64,000 bases of DNA from Pyrinomonadaceae bacterium (GTDB lineage Bacteria > Acidobacteriota > Blastocatellia > Pyrinomonadales > Pyrinomonadaceae): positions 10,711 through 74,710 of the forward strand of contig DASRPN010000155.1 in assembly GCA_035646355.1 (NCBI GenBank), in the 5' to 3' direction. Each line of letters opens with the position of its first letter. The first letter of the stretch is position 1. Of this stretch, positions 46,704-56,744 are shown in pieces. Made by a program: the position numbers and the translations under genes. The notes below the pieces were generated by a model. That model made no database searches and was not told the origin of the DNA. It was given only the letters and a program-made list of their open reading frames with translations.

Positions 46704-49700
46704 TCACGGATTGATTCCGGGATCGTTTTCGATAACGACCTTGGTCGTGTAGTCCTTACCACCAACCGACATTTTCACGACGTACGTGCCGGCTTCCAGC
46801 GGCAGGCCCTGGGCGAATCCTCCGAACCCGCCGCCGCCTCCACCGCCGCCACCGCCTCCACCACCAAATCCACCGCCCCCGGGCGGACGAGGAGGCGGAT
46901 CACCGCGAAGGTTCCATTGAATCCTGTTCAGACCAACATCCTTCGTTCCGTTGATGTTCCGCACCACCTTGCCCGTGTAGTCTGAGATCGTGATCTTCAC
47001 GTCGCCGCTGGGGGCTGACTTAAGGTAGTAGCTGATCGCGGTACCGGGTTGCGGGTTGGTGCCGCGGAAGAGTTTTGCGGCACCCCAATAGCGAGCGAGA
47101 CGAATGTCGTTCAGCCAGTTCGTTCCCGGTCTGACTTCAAAGATATGCGCCTCGGAGTCCATCACCTTCTGCGTCATCTGCTGCAACGAAGTGATGTCGT
47201 CGAGGATGAAGATCCCGCGTCCGTGGGTACCGATGATCAGATCGTTATCGCGCGGATGGACCAGGATGTCATCAATGCGCATCGTAGGCATGCCCGACAT
47301 GAACGGCTTCCATTCCTTGCCGCCGTTCATCGAGATGAACAATCCAAACTCGGTGCCGACGTACAGCAGGTTCTGGTTTTTTGGATCTTCCTTGATTACG
47401 TTGACGTTACCCCACTTCGGAAGGTTGTTGGTGAGCGAAGTCCACGTCGCGCCGTAATCCTTAGTAACGAAGATGTAGGGCTTCATGTCGTTAAGGCGAT
47501 GGCCGTCAACTGACAGATAGCAAGTCCCCGCGTCATACCGCGAAGGTTCGACGCGCGAGATATGGTATGTGTCGCCAATGCCCGGCACGTTCTTGCTGAC
47601 GTTGGTCCAGGTGGCGCCACCGTCCTTACTAACCTGGATGTTGCCGTCGTCAGTTCCGACCCACAGGATGCCCGGGATCTTCGGCGACTCAGCCATGGTT
47701 ACGATGTAGCCGTATCCGGAATAACCATCGTGCTTGGAAGCCATCGGGTCTTTGCCTGGCACGCCCATGATCGGCAGTGTGCTGCGATCGATCTGTTTCG
47801 AGAGATCGGGTGTGGCCGTCCAGGTATCACCACGGTCCATCGATCTGAACAACCGGTTGCCGCCGACATACACGACGCGCGGGTTGTGCGGCGAAAGATG
47901 AATCGGGGTGCTCCAGTAAAAACGATAGGTTTCACTGGCGGGTGGCGTCGGCACCACGTTCGACTGGAGACCTGCACCGAAACCCTGTGCAGCGGCAAAC
48001 GCAGCGAGTGTATCAGGAGTCGGCGAACCTTCCGGTGAAGGACTCGCGCTCGGCGAACCACTCGCGCTCGGCGAGCCACTCGCGGCTGGTCCACCACCGC
48101 CCTGGCGTCCACTTCCTCGCGGACGCGGTACGCCACGCGGCCGAATGCTGATGCTACGTCCAGTGCGCATATCCAGACGCTGCACTGCCCCGCCCTGCGA
48201 TTCGACGTAAATGATGTTGTGGTCCGTGGGATCTATCTGCGTGTAGAATCCGTCGCCGCCGCCTATGCGATACCAGTCAGCGTTCGTAATTCCAACCTGC
48301 TGATTGCGCGTTTGACTTGGACCACCCCACGAGCCGTTGTCCTGCAATCCGCCGTAGACGTAGTAAGGCTTACGCATGTCGACGCCGATCGCGTAGAACT
48401 GCGCGGCGGGAATCGTGTTGACGAACTCCCACGTCGCACCCTGATCGTAACTGACGTTCAAACCACCATCGTTGCCGACCAGCAAGTGATCGCTGTTCGC
48501 AGGGTTAATCCAGATCGCGTGGTTATCGACGTGCGCGATGCCTTGTTGCAGCGATCGAAATGTCTTGCCGCCATCCGTCGACTTGCTGAAATTCAAACCA
48601 CCCACATAAACAGTCTCCGGATTCTTCGGATCGACGCGAATCTGGCTGTAGTACATCGGGCGATTGTTTTCGTTGCTGACGACGCGCCAGGTTTTGCCTT
48701 TGTCATCGGAACGCCAGACACCGGATCGCTTCGGATCGGGCGGCCGTGGCGTGGGCGAAGCGGCCGGACTCGGCGCGACGCTTGGCGATGGTGAAGCGGA
48801 AGGTGACGGACTCGGACTCGGTGCGACCTGCCCGCCCGGCGTTTCTTCGCCGCCCGTTCCCGTGCTTGTGCCTACTTCAATCTGCGCGTACAGGATGTTT
48901 GGATTCGATCGCGAAACATCGAGACCGATGCGGCCGAGAATTCCTTCCGGCAAACCGGCGCCTTCGAGTTTCTTCCACGTCTTGCCTGCGTCGATGGTTT
49001 TCCAGATGCCGCTGTTTGGTCCACCACCGTTAAAACCAAAGTTGGTGCGGCGGCGCTGATACGAAGCGGCGTAGAGAATCTTGTTGTCGGAGGCGTCCAT
49101 CGCGAGGTCGGTGAAGCCTGTGTCTTCGTCGATGAACTTGACGTTGGTCCACGTCTTACCGCCGTCGGTAGTCTTGTAGACCCCGCGCTCCTTGTTTGGT
49201 CCAAACAGGTGACCGATCACGGCAACATAGACGGTGTTCACATCTTTCGGATCGATGACTATGCGGCCGATGGTCTGCGAGTCTTCGAGTCCCATCTTCG
49301 TGAACGTCTTGCCAGCGTCGACTGATTTATAAATGCCATCGCCATAGCTGGAGCTCTGTCGGTTGTTTGGCTCACCGGTGCCCACCCAAACGGTGTTTGG
49401 ATCCGACGGCGCAACGGCGATATCACCGATCGAATGCGTGCTGTACGTGTCGAAGATCGGCGTGAACGTCGTGCCGTTGTTCGTCGACTTCCAAACGCCA
49501 TTGGTCGCGAACGCGATATAAATGATGTACGGATTCTGTTCCGGCACGGCGAAGTCGTCGATACGTCCGCCCATACTGGCCGGGCCGATGCTGCGAAAGA
49601 CAAAACGTTTCAGCGTCGGATCGGTTGACCAGTTGATTGGCGTTGGCGTAGGGCTGGGGCTGGCTTGAGCCGCGGCCTGATTCTGCTGTGACGCAGCGTT

Positions 49701-49793
49701 CCGCGAGTGCACCGTCACTGTAGCCAGCGCCACAGCAAGAACGATCACGATTAAGAGCCCAAAATCGTAAACGGAGCGGGACCGGTCTTTCAT
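46704..49793 (-). CDS. Very large secreted VPS10/sortilin-like BNR (Asp-box) beta-propeller protein
   Basis: ORF 46704..49811. Likely ATG 49793 (MKDRSRSVYDFGLLIVIVLAVALA). Many S-x-D-x-G-x-T-W Asp-boxes (SVDAGKTF, TTDGGKTW, SDDKGKTW, STDGGKTF, SYDQGATW, SMDRGDTW, SKDGGATW, TKDYGATW, SMNGGKEW). Low-complexity inserts. Confidence 0.85.
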   Translation of the reverse strand: MKDRSRSVYDFGLLIVIVLAVALATVTVHSRNAASQQNQAAAQASPSPTPTPINWSTDPTLKRFVFRSIGPASMGGRIDDFAVPEQNPYIIYIAFATNGVWKSTNNGTTFTPIFDTYSTHSIGDIAVAPSDPNTVWVGTGEPNNRQSSSYGDGIYKSVDAGKTFTKMGLEDSQTIGRIVIDPKDVNTVYVAVIGHLFGPNKERGVYKTTDGGKTWTNVKFIDEDTGFTDLAMDASDNKILYAASYQRRRTNFGFNGGGPNSGIWKTIDAGKTWKKLEGAGLPEGILGRIGLDVSRSNPNILYAQIEVGTSTGTGGEETPGGQVAPSPSPSPSASPSPSVAPSPAASPTPRPPDPKRSGVWRSDDKGKTWRVVSNENNRPMYYSQIRVDPKNPETVYVGGLNFSKSTDGGKTFRSLQQGIAHVDNHAIWINPANSDHLLVGNDGGLNVSYDQGATWEFVNTIPAAQFYAIGVDMRKPYYVYGGLQDNGSWGGPSQTRNQQVGITNADWYRIGGGDGFYTQIDPTDHNIIYVESQGGAVQRLDMRTGRSISIRPRGVPRPRGSGRQGGGGPAASGSPSASGSPSASPSPEGSPTPDTLAAFAAAQGFGAGLQSNVVPTPPASETYRFYWSTPIHLSPHNPRVVYVGGNRLFRSMDRGDTWTATPDLSKQIDRSTLPIMGVPGKDPMASKHDGYSGYGYIVTMAESPKIPGILWVGTDDGNIQVSKDGGATWTNVSKNVPGIGDTYHISRVEPSRYDAGTCYLSVDGHRLNDMKPYIFVTKDYGATWTSLTNNLPKWGNVNVIKEDPKNQNLLYVGTEFGLFISMNGGKEWKPFMSGMPTMRIDDILVHPRDNDLIIGTHGRGIFILDDITSLQQMTQKVMDSEAHIFEVRPGTNWLNDIRLARYWGAAKLFRGTNPQPGTAISYYLKSAPSGDVKITISDYTGKVVRNINGTKDVGLNRIQWNLRGDPPPRPPGGGGFGGGGGGGGGGGGGFGGFAQGLPLEAGTYVVKMSVGGKDYTTKVVIENDPGINP

Positions 49794-50070
49794 GCGAAAG
49801 TGTCCTTTCACTTTTTGGTCGTCTAACTTCTGCGGGATAGAACTGTTGCCTTAGAAAAAGGCAGTAGAACGGTAGCAACGCAACCCAATTTTTCGTAGGT
49901 TGAATTGCGGAATATAAAGAAGTAGCGGGTTTTATGCAATAGATCGGCTTGGCATTGCGTCCTGCGGGGTTGTGTTGCAAACACCGCTTCGAAATAATCT
50001 CGAAAGACTTTTTCCATTGTAAAAGGCGTAGAATCGGCCATCCTTATTGGAATTGAGAATTAGGGAGTCC

Positions 50071-53000
50071 ATGATCACTCGCGCGCGGCGGTTTGTATTC
50101 GTTCTGTGGTTCGCATCTGTTTGTCTGCTTGCGTCACCATCGACTCCGGCGCAGGAACGGCTGTGCGATCCATCATGGGAGTTTTGTTACGACCAGATAC
50201 GGCAGCTCGTGCGGTCAGAAACGGTCGGCATCGACATGGCGTTTTACATGATCGAGCTGCCGGGGCTGGTTGACGAGGTCATCGCCAGGCATAACGCCGG
50301 CGTTCGTGTACGCCTCGTCGTGGAACCGCGCGGTAGTATTAAGTTTCCTCAAAACCAGCCACTACTCGATAAATTGCAAGCTGCCGGAATTCCCATGCGC
50401 TATAAGGTGGGCGACGGTATTGTGCACGTTAAACAGGCGCTCTTCGCAGCTCAGAACACCGTGCTCTTCACCGGGTCGAACTTCGGCGATGCGGATGTCG
50501 GACCTTACGCGCAGTTTGAGAACTACGTCGATGGAGCGTGGTATTTCACTAACGATCCGGCAGTCGTTAACAGCTTCAAAACCAGGTACGACGACATCTG
50601 GACTAACACGACTCTCTATGGAAACTACGCGAATATTACCGGTCCTCTGACACGGCGCTATCCGACGTTTGCGATCGATCCGTCGGTGAATTTTGTGCCC
50701 AACAGCAACCCCGCGGAAGATTACGGCGCGCGGATGATTGCCGAGCTCGATCGTGAGAACCAGAAGATCGATTTGACGATGTACCGCGTCACGGACGTGG
50801 GAATTGTTGATGCGTTGTTGCGTGCGTTGGCGCGTGGCGTGCCGGTGCGGCTGCTCGCGGAGCCTCATGAATACCGCTTTGACATAAGCCGACTTGGTGC
50901 GGAGTTCACGGGCCCTTACAACATGGACCGGATGTTTGCGGCGGGTGTGCAGATCCGTATGCGCAAGCATCGCGGGTTGAATCATCAGAAGTCGGTAACG
51001 CTTTACGGGAATGGAATGACGGTCTTTGGTTCGTCGAACTGGAGCTGGCAGTCATTCAACTTCCAGGAAGAGCACAACTATTTCACGAACAAGGGTTGGT
51101 TTTTTCAGTGGTTCGTCGATCAGTTTAATCGGAAGTGGAACTCGGCGACGGAGTATGAGGCGTTTGTGCCATTGCCGCCGGAAGTACCGGTTAACCGCGG
51201 ACCCGCGATTGGAACGACCGTTGGAACGTCGGCGATGTTGAGCTGGGAAGGAGGACGTTGGGCGCACAAGTACGACATTTATCTCGGGACGAGTCCGAGT
51301 GAATTGTCGCGGGTTGCGGCTGATGTAGTTACGGGGACGTTGGGACCGGATGGGGAGGAGACGTTCATCGTTTCGGGCTTGCAGAGTGGTGTGACGTATC
51401 ACTGGCGCATCACCGGCAAAACGATGGCGAATAAGACTACTGATGGTCCGGTGTGGAGTTTTACAGTGTCCGGTACGGCACCGACGCCCACGCCAACTCC
51501 TCCACCCACTCCTACTCCTACACCGAGTCCTACACCCACTCCGACTCCTACTCCTACACCGACGCCAACTCCGACGCCGAGCTCGGAATCGCCGAACAAC
51601 ACGCGCCTACCACCAGCTACTCAGATCGTCGACAGCACCGGGGCTGTGTGGACACTGTCGGGTCAAATTATTTTGCGCAACGGTGTAGACACAGGTGGGC
51701 GCGGTACTCCAATTCTGTATTGCACTCGTGTCGTATATGTGTTTGGCCTCGATAACCAATGGTGGCGTTGGAACGGCAGCTGGATACCGGTGGGTGTTGT
51801 CGATCCGTGCAGCGGATCCACTCCCACACCGACACCAACTCCAACGCCTACGCCAACACCGGGCGGAGAGTCTCCGAATAACACACGCGTGCCACCAGGC
51901 ACGCAAATCGTGGACAGCAATGGTGATATCTGGACTCGTGCGGCTAACGGAGCGATCCTGCGCAACGGTGTCCAAGCATCGGGCGGCGTTGGTTCTCAGA
52001 TTCTTTACTGCAATCGCATCGTCTATGTGTTCGGCACAGATTCGCAGTGGTATAGGTGGAATGGTGGATGGACAGAGCTAGGAACCATTGATCCCTGTGG
52101 TGGGGCAACGCCTACTCCAACGCCGACGCCAACACCGACTTCGACTCCCACGCCGACGCCAGGAACGGAGTCACCTAACAACACACGCGTTCCGCCAGGG
52201 ACTCAGATCACCGATAGCGTTGGCGCTGTGTGGACGCTTTCGAATGGAAAAGTATTCCGTAATGGTCAAGACACAGGCGGTCTCGGCACTCCACTTGTGT
52301 ACTGCGATCACGTCGTATATGTGTTCGGCCTCGATAACCAATGGTGGCGGTGGCTCGGTAGCTGGCAACCAGTAGGTACTGTCGAGCCATGTGGCGGATC
52401 CACACCGACGCCAACGCCGACTCCCACGCCTACGCCTACACCTACACCAACGCCGACACCGGTTCCAGGTGAAACCGTCATACTTGAAGACAATTTCAAC
52501 GACAACGCGATGGACGGCGTGAAGTGGCAGGCCAATAGTCTCTTCAGTGGATTCACTGATGCGGCTGTGGCCACGGCCGAGAGCGCACAACGCTTGCAGA
52601 TTGGTCCATTGTTCGCCGGGCAGTCGGGATCGCATTACAACGGTATCCGATCGACAAACACGCACAACTTCACGGGAGCTTACAGCTACGTCGAGTTGGT
52701 CCAGGGGCCGTCAGCGTCAACTAAGGCCAATGCGATGTTTACTGTGGGCATTGATGCGCACAACTACTACCGCATCTACGTCGAGGAAGGCATCTTTATC
52801 TGCCAGTCAAGGATAGGCGGAAACAAGCTGAACCTCTTCACTGTCGCCTACAGCCCAGTGACACACCGTTACTGGCGTATACGACACGATTCATCTTCGG
52901 GGAACGTCGTGTTCGAAACGGCGAGTGACAATGGTGGGAGCCCTGGAATCTGGACCATCCGTTCGAGCGCAAGCTGGAACACCTCAGCGGTCCCGGTAAC

Positions 53001-53097
53001 CGCAGTGCGCTTCGAACTAAAGGCCGGAACCTGGCAACCCGAACCCGTCGCGCCCGGAACTGTCATCTTCGACAACTTCCGCGCCGCCCGCCCGTGA
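50071..53097 (+). CDS. Secreted multidomain protein: PLD-like (two HxK...GSxN half-sites) - FN3-like - three copies of a novel ~80-aa W/Cys module - ConA/LamG-like C-terminal domain, joined by (PT)n linkers
   Basis: ORF 50047..53097. Likely ATG 50071 (AGGGAG upstream; MITRARRFVFVLWFASVCLLASPSTPAQE). HVKQALF...GSNF (from about 50425) and HQKSVTL...GSSNW (from about 50983). Confidence 0.8.
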   Translation: MITRARRFVFVLWFASVCLLASPSTPAQERLCDPSWEFCYDQIRQLVRSETVGIDMAFYMIELPGLVDEVIARHNAGVRVRLVVEPRGSIKFPQNQPLLDKLQAAGIPMRYKVGDGIVHVKQALFAAQNTVLFTGSNFGDADVGPYAQFENYVDGAWYFTNDPAVVNSFKTRYDDIWTNTTLYGNYANITGPLTRRYPTFAIDPSVNFVPNSNPAEDYGARMIAELDRENQKIDLTMYRVTDVGIVDALLRALARGVPVRLLAEPHEYRFDISRLGAEFTGPYNMDRMFAAGVQIRMRKHRGLNHQKSVTLYGNGMTVFGSSNWSWQSFNFQEEHNYFTNKGWFFQWFVDQFNRKWNSATEYEAFVPLPPEVPVNRGPAIGTTVGTSAMLSWEGGRWAHKYDIYLGTSPSELSRVAADVVTGTLGPDGEETFIVSGLQSGVTYHWRITGKTMANKTTDGPVWSFTVSGTAPTPTPTPPPTPTPTPSPTPTPTPTPTPTPTPTPSSESPNNTRLPPATQIVDSTGAVWTLSGQIILRNGVDTGGRGTPILYCTRVVYVFGLDNQWWRWNGSWIPVGVVDPCSGSTPTPTPTPTPTPTPGGESPNNTRVPPGTQIVDSNGDIWTRAANGAILRNGVQASGGVGSQILYCNRIVYVFGTDSQWYRWNGGWTELGTIDPCGGATPTPTPTPTPTSTPTPTPGTESPNNTRVPPGTQITDSVGAVWTLSNGKVFRNGQDTGGLGTPLVYCDHVVYVFGLDNQWWRWLGSWQPVGTVEPCGGSTPTPTPTPTPTPTPTPTPTPVPGETVILEDNFNDNAMDGVKWQANSLFSGFTDAAVATAESAQRLQIGPLFAGQSGSHYNGIRSTNTHNFTGAYSYVELVQGPSASTKANAMFTVGIDAHNYYRIYVEEGIFICQSRIGGNKLNLFTVAYSPVTHRYWRIRHDSSSGNVVFETASDNGGSPGIWTIRSSASWNTSAVPVTAVRFELKAGTWQPEPVAPGTVIFDNFRAARP
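51586..52398 (+). repeat. Three tandem copies (about 231-237 nt each, separated by PT-linker DNA) encoding the repeated protein module
   Basis: Copies at 51586-51816, 51868-52104 and 52168-52398. Each encodes ESPNNTR(L/V)PP.TQI.DS.G..WT......(L/F)RNG.......G...(L/V)YC...VYVFG.D.QW(W/Y)RW.G.W...G..(D/E)PC.G. Confidence 0.85.
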
Positions 53098-53272
53098 CGC
53101 ACAAGACTTAGCAGTTTGAGAAACAACGTGCGCTTTAGCCGCGGCTTCGCCGCCCGATGTCTATGCCTCGTCTCACATCAAGCGGCGAGCCGCAACGGAT
53201 CAGCGCCCCTCTCCGCAATAAATTTTCGTTACCTACGAGCCGGAAAGATTAAGGTCTGCGAGTTTGGAATGG

Positions 53273-55033
53273 TTAACCCTGCCACACGCCGTTGCGCGCA
53301 TTGTCGGCGAGGCGTTTGGCGTCGGGAAGGGCGTCGAGGGCGCGGAGGACTTGAACGTCGCTGTCGAGCATAATGCGGGCGCCGGCGTCGTTGGAAAATG
53401 AGGCGGTGATGATCTCCTGCCGAAGTCGCAGCTTCGTAAACTCCAACTCTTCATCAATCTGCCCCGGCAGAACGTGAAAAGACGGGTCGGTGCGCACGAA
53501 GTTGCGAAACGCCTCCAGCACACGATCGTTAATCGGAAAGTCAGTCGACTTCGCAGTCCTTCCGTACAACACTTTCTCGACCTTATACGACTCCAGCCCC
53601 GTCGTAAGCCCCGCCGCTAATTGTCGCGTGAAATGAAACGCCGCTTCAGCGATGCGCGCTCGCGCCGTCGTGTTCGCCGCTTCCTTCACTTCAATGTCCG
53701 GCGTGATTCCACCACCGCCATAAAACACGCGACCAACAGCAGTCTGCACTCCCGGCCCACTGTGCGGATGCGGCGTCGGCGACGCGAGCTGCAACGGCGC
53801 TTCCAGATTGCGTGATCCATTCGCGGGCGGCGGAGGCGTTTCTTCAGAATCCTGACGTGTGTAGTAATCGTAAATCGACCCGCTCGAATAATCGCGCTGC
53901 AACGAACGACCATACGGCGTGTAGTAGCGCGCAGTCGTCAACGTCAACCCGGTATTGAACGGCAACTGATAAATCCGTTGGACCAACCCTTTGCCGAAAC
54001 TCGTCTCGCCGACAATCAACCCACGCCCGTGATCCTGAACCGCGCCCGCAACAATCTCTGAAGCTGACGCACTATTTCGATTGATCAAGATAACCAGCGG
54101 CAGAGTAGACGGGTTGGAGCCGTTAGATTTGTAAACGATCGGTTCGTTGTACTCAGTACGACCTTTAACCGAAACGATAGTCTTGTCGCGCGGCAAAAAT
54201 TCGCTTGCCACGTCGACTGCCTGTTCGAGAAGCCCGCCCGGGTTGTTACGCAGGTCGAGAACGAGCTGGCGCATCCCCTCTCCCTGGAGTTTCTTCATCG
54301 CCTTCGACAACTCGTCGTCACTCGAACGCTGAAATCCGCCGGTCAAACCGATGTATCCGGTGCCGGGACGAATCATGTACGAGTTGCGAATCGACGGCAG
54401 CGGAACGGCCGCGCGAACAATCGTGAAATACAACGGCGCCGGATGGCCCGCGCGCTCGACTTTGATTGTGACGGGTTCTCCCAACCCACCGCGCACGTTC
54501 TTCGATACCTGCTCGCTGGTCCAACCGCGTGAGTCTTTACCATCAACTTCGACGATCCGATCGCCGTAACGCACGCCGAGTTTCGCCGCGGGCGCGCCCT
54601 CAACTGCTGATTGAACGTAAACGCCGTCCCGGTGCTGCACGATCGTGACGCCGATGCCATAGAAGCTCGAGGACTGATCCTCTTTCAGCTTCTTAAACTC
54701 GCTATACGGGAAGTAAGAGGAATGCGGGTCGAGCGTCGAAAGCATGCTCTGAATGGCGGATTGCGTCGCTTTTTCGTGATCGATGTCGCCTGAGTAGTTC
54801 GACGTGATGGTGGCGACAGCTTCGTTATAATCCTTTTCGATTTCGTCGACGACGCGGTACGAGTTCTTATTCGCGGTTGAGGTGAGACCGCTTAGTCGCT
54901 GGGTGGTGCCGATGACGCCGCCAAAGATGGACGCAGCCAGTATGACAACGGCCGCTGTCACGGTGAATTTCTTAGTGACCCATCCGCCCTTGTATTGCGA
55001 AGACGATGGTTCTAATTGGCGGGCGACTTCCAT
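53273..55033 (-). CDS. S41 family C-terminal processing peptidase (Ctp) with a PDZ domain
   Basis: ORF 53273..55039 (TTG); ATG at 55033. N-terminal TM anchor, PDZ (GDRIVEVDG), and S41 motifs LDLRNNPGG, NRNSASASEI, TSFGKGLVQ. Confidence 0.85.
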   Translation of the reverse strand: MEVARQLEPSSSQYKGGWVTKKFTVTAAVVILAASIFGGVIGTTQRLSGLTSTANKNSYRVVDEIEKDYNEAVATITSNYSGDIDHEKATQSAIQSMLSTLDPHSSYFPYSEFKKLKEDQSSSFYGIGVTIVQHRDGVYVQSAVEGAPAAKLGVRYGDRIVEVDGKDSRGWTSEQVSKNVRGGLGEPVTIKVERAGHPAPLYFTIVRAAVPLPSIRNSYMIRPGTGYIGLTGGFQRSSDDELSKAMKKLQGEGMRQLVLDLRNNPGGLLEQAVDVASEFLPRDKTIVSVKGRTEYNEPIVYKSNGSNPSTLPLVILINRNSASASEIVAGAVQDHGRGLIVGETSFGKGLVQRIYQLPFNTGLTLTTARYYTPYGRSLQRDYSSGSIYDYYTRQDSEETPPPPANGSRNLEAPLQLASPTPHPHSGPGVQTAVGRVFYGGGGITPDIEVKEAANTTARARIAEAAFHFTRQLAAGLTTGLESYKVEKVLYGRTAKSTDFPINDRVLEAFRNFVRTDPSFHVLPGQIDEELEFTKLRLRQEIITASFSNDAGARIMLDSDVQVLRALDALPDAKRLADNARNGVWQG

Positions 55034-55123
55034 AGCCAAAATATAGCACAGGCATCGTCGCAGCTCCGAAGCTGAAAATCTGCGACTCCCGGCTGTGTGG
55101 TATATTGCGATTGAGACACCCGA

Positions 55124-55894
55124 ATGTCCCAGTTTCTCTCGATCATCATTCCTGCATATAACGAAGCGGCCCGGCTGGGGAAAACCCTCGAGACCGTCGC
55201 GGACTACATGCGCCAGAGTTACCCCGAGGGCGAGATAATCATTGTTGACGACGGTTCCGCCGATGAGACGGCGACCCTCGCGCGACAGTTGCTGGCCGGC
55301 AGGGGTACGCTCCGCACTTCCGTCATCAGTTACAAATCAAACCTGGGAAAAGGACGGGCCGTGCGCCTCGGACTACTCGCGGCGCGGGGCGAGGTCGCAC
55401 TTTTCTCAGATGCCGATCTCTCGACGCCAATCACAGAGACGCCGAAACTGTGCGATCCCATTCTGAAGAACGAATGTGATGTGGCGTTTGGGTCGCGCGC
55501 GTTGGACCGCAAACTGATCGGCGTGCACCAATCCTGGCGCCGTGAGCAGGGTGGCCGGGTTTTCAATCTGGCCGTTCGTGTGGCGACGGGCATGCCATTC
55601 TGGGACACTCAGTGCGGCTTCAAAGCATTCAAGATGTCTGTCTGCCGTCCGCTGGTTGAAGCGGCGACTATCGATCGGTTTGGCTTCGACGTCGAGCTTC
55701 TCTATCTCGCCTATCGCGCGGGACTACGGCTGCGCGAAATACCCGTTCGATGGGACCATAACGAGGGAAGCAAGATCAGTCTGTTCAGCGACAGTTTCAA
55801 GATGCTGGGCGAGGTTGGACTCATTCGGCAGCAGGCCCGTCGCGGCGTCTACGATGCTGCCATTCGCGCCGTGCACGACAGGACTACGCCGTGA
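55124..55894 (+). CDS. Family 2 glycosyltransferase (dolichyl/polyprenyl-phosphate hexosyltransferase-like)
   Basis: LSIIIPAYNEA, IIVDDGSADET, DADLSTP (DxD-type) motifs. Confidence 0.8.
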   Translation: MSQFLSIIIPAYNEAARLGKTLETVADYMRQSYPEGEIIIVDDGSADETATLARQLLAGRGTLRTSVISYKSNLGKGRAVRLGLLAARGEVALFSDADLSTPITETPKLCDPILKNECDVAFGSRALDRKLIGVHQSWRREQGGRVFNLAVRVATGMPFWDTQCGFKAFKMSVCRPLVEAATIDRFGFDVELLYLAYRAGLRLREIPVRWDHNEGSKISLFSDSFKMLGEVGLIRQQARRGVYDAAIRAVHDRTTP

Positions 55895-55989
55895 GCTTTG
55901 TACTTTGAGCTTTGTACTTGGTATTTTTTCCTTGCTGAGTAGACCGTTGTCAGCGGGCGGGAACCAAGCACCAAGAACAAGCACAAAAC
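55895..55989. repeat. Word-repeat hairpin element O (GTAC/CAAAG type)
   Basis: GCTTTGTACTTTGAGCTTTGTACTTGGT ... ACCAAGCACCAAGAACAAGCACAAAAC. Starts right after the GT2 stop and ends 2 nt before the pdxJ ATG. Confidence 0.85.
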
Positions 55990-55991
55990 AC

Positions 55992-56738
55992 ATGACTGCA
56001 CGTCTTAACATCAACATCGATCACGTCGCGACGGTGAGACAGGCGCGAAGGGCGCCGGAGCCGAATGTGATTGCGGCAGCGATGGCGTGTGAACAAGCGG
56101 GCGCTGATGGGATCACGGTCCACCTGCGCGGCGATCGTCGTCATATCCAGGATCTCGACGTGCGTCTGCTGCGCGAATCAGTGACGACGTACCTCAATCT
56201 CGAAATGGCGGCAACCGAAGAGATGCTTGACGTCGCGCGTGAGGCTCGACCGGATGCGGTCACGCTTGTAGCAGAGCGCCCGGATGAAATAACCACCGAA
56301 GGCGGACTCGACGTTAAAGCGAATAAGTTGGCTGTCAGCAACGCAATTGATGCGATTAGAGAGAGCGGGATGCTGGCGAGTGTCTTTATCGATCCGGATC
56401 CGGCGCAGATCGAAGTCGCTCACGAGATCGGCGCGCAGCAGGTCGAGTTATGCACGGCAGCTTACGCGGAGGCGATGTTAGGCGCGCGCGGGATTCACGG
56501 CGAAGGCGCGGTCCATGCTCACCAGGAGTTACGAAGATTAAGAGAAGGGGCTGAACTGGCGGCGCAGTATGGATTACTCGTCGCGGCCGGTCATGGTTTG
56601 ACTTACCGAAACGTCGGCGCTGTCGCCGCGATCGACGAGATCATCGAATTCAACATCGGCCACAACATCGTGGCCCGTGCGATTTTTGTTGGATTGGAAA
56701 CCGCAGTTAAAGAAATGCGTGCAGCGATTGGCCGTTGA
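55992..56738 (+). CDS. pdxJ: Pyridoxine 5'-phosphate synthase
   Basis: The in-frame ATG within ORF 55542..56738 gives MTARLNINIDHVATVRQARR..., the canonical PdxJ N-terminus. HLRGDRRHI and EFNIGH motifs. The upstream 150 codons overlap GT2 and repeat O. Confidence 0.9.
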   Translation: MTARLNINIDHVATVRQARRAPEPNVIAAAMACEQAGADGITVHLRGDRRHIQDLDVRLLRESVTTYLNLEMAATEEMLDVAREARPDAVTLVAERPDEITTEGGLDVKANKLAVSNAIDAIRESGMLASVFIDPDPAQIEVAHEIGAQQVELCTAAYAEAMLGARGIHGEGAVHAHQELRRLREGAELAAQYGLLVAAGHGLTYRNVGAVAAIDEIIEFNIGHNIVARAIFVGLETAVKEMRAAIGR

Positions 56739-56744
56739 TCCGTG

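Noticed and set aside
51399-51602. GV-repeat ORFs (GVGVGVGV...) on the minus strand at 51399..51602, 51663..51965 and 52308..52574.
   Set aside because: They are the reverse-complement reading of the (PT)n linker DNA of the PLD-like gene.
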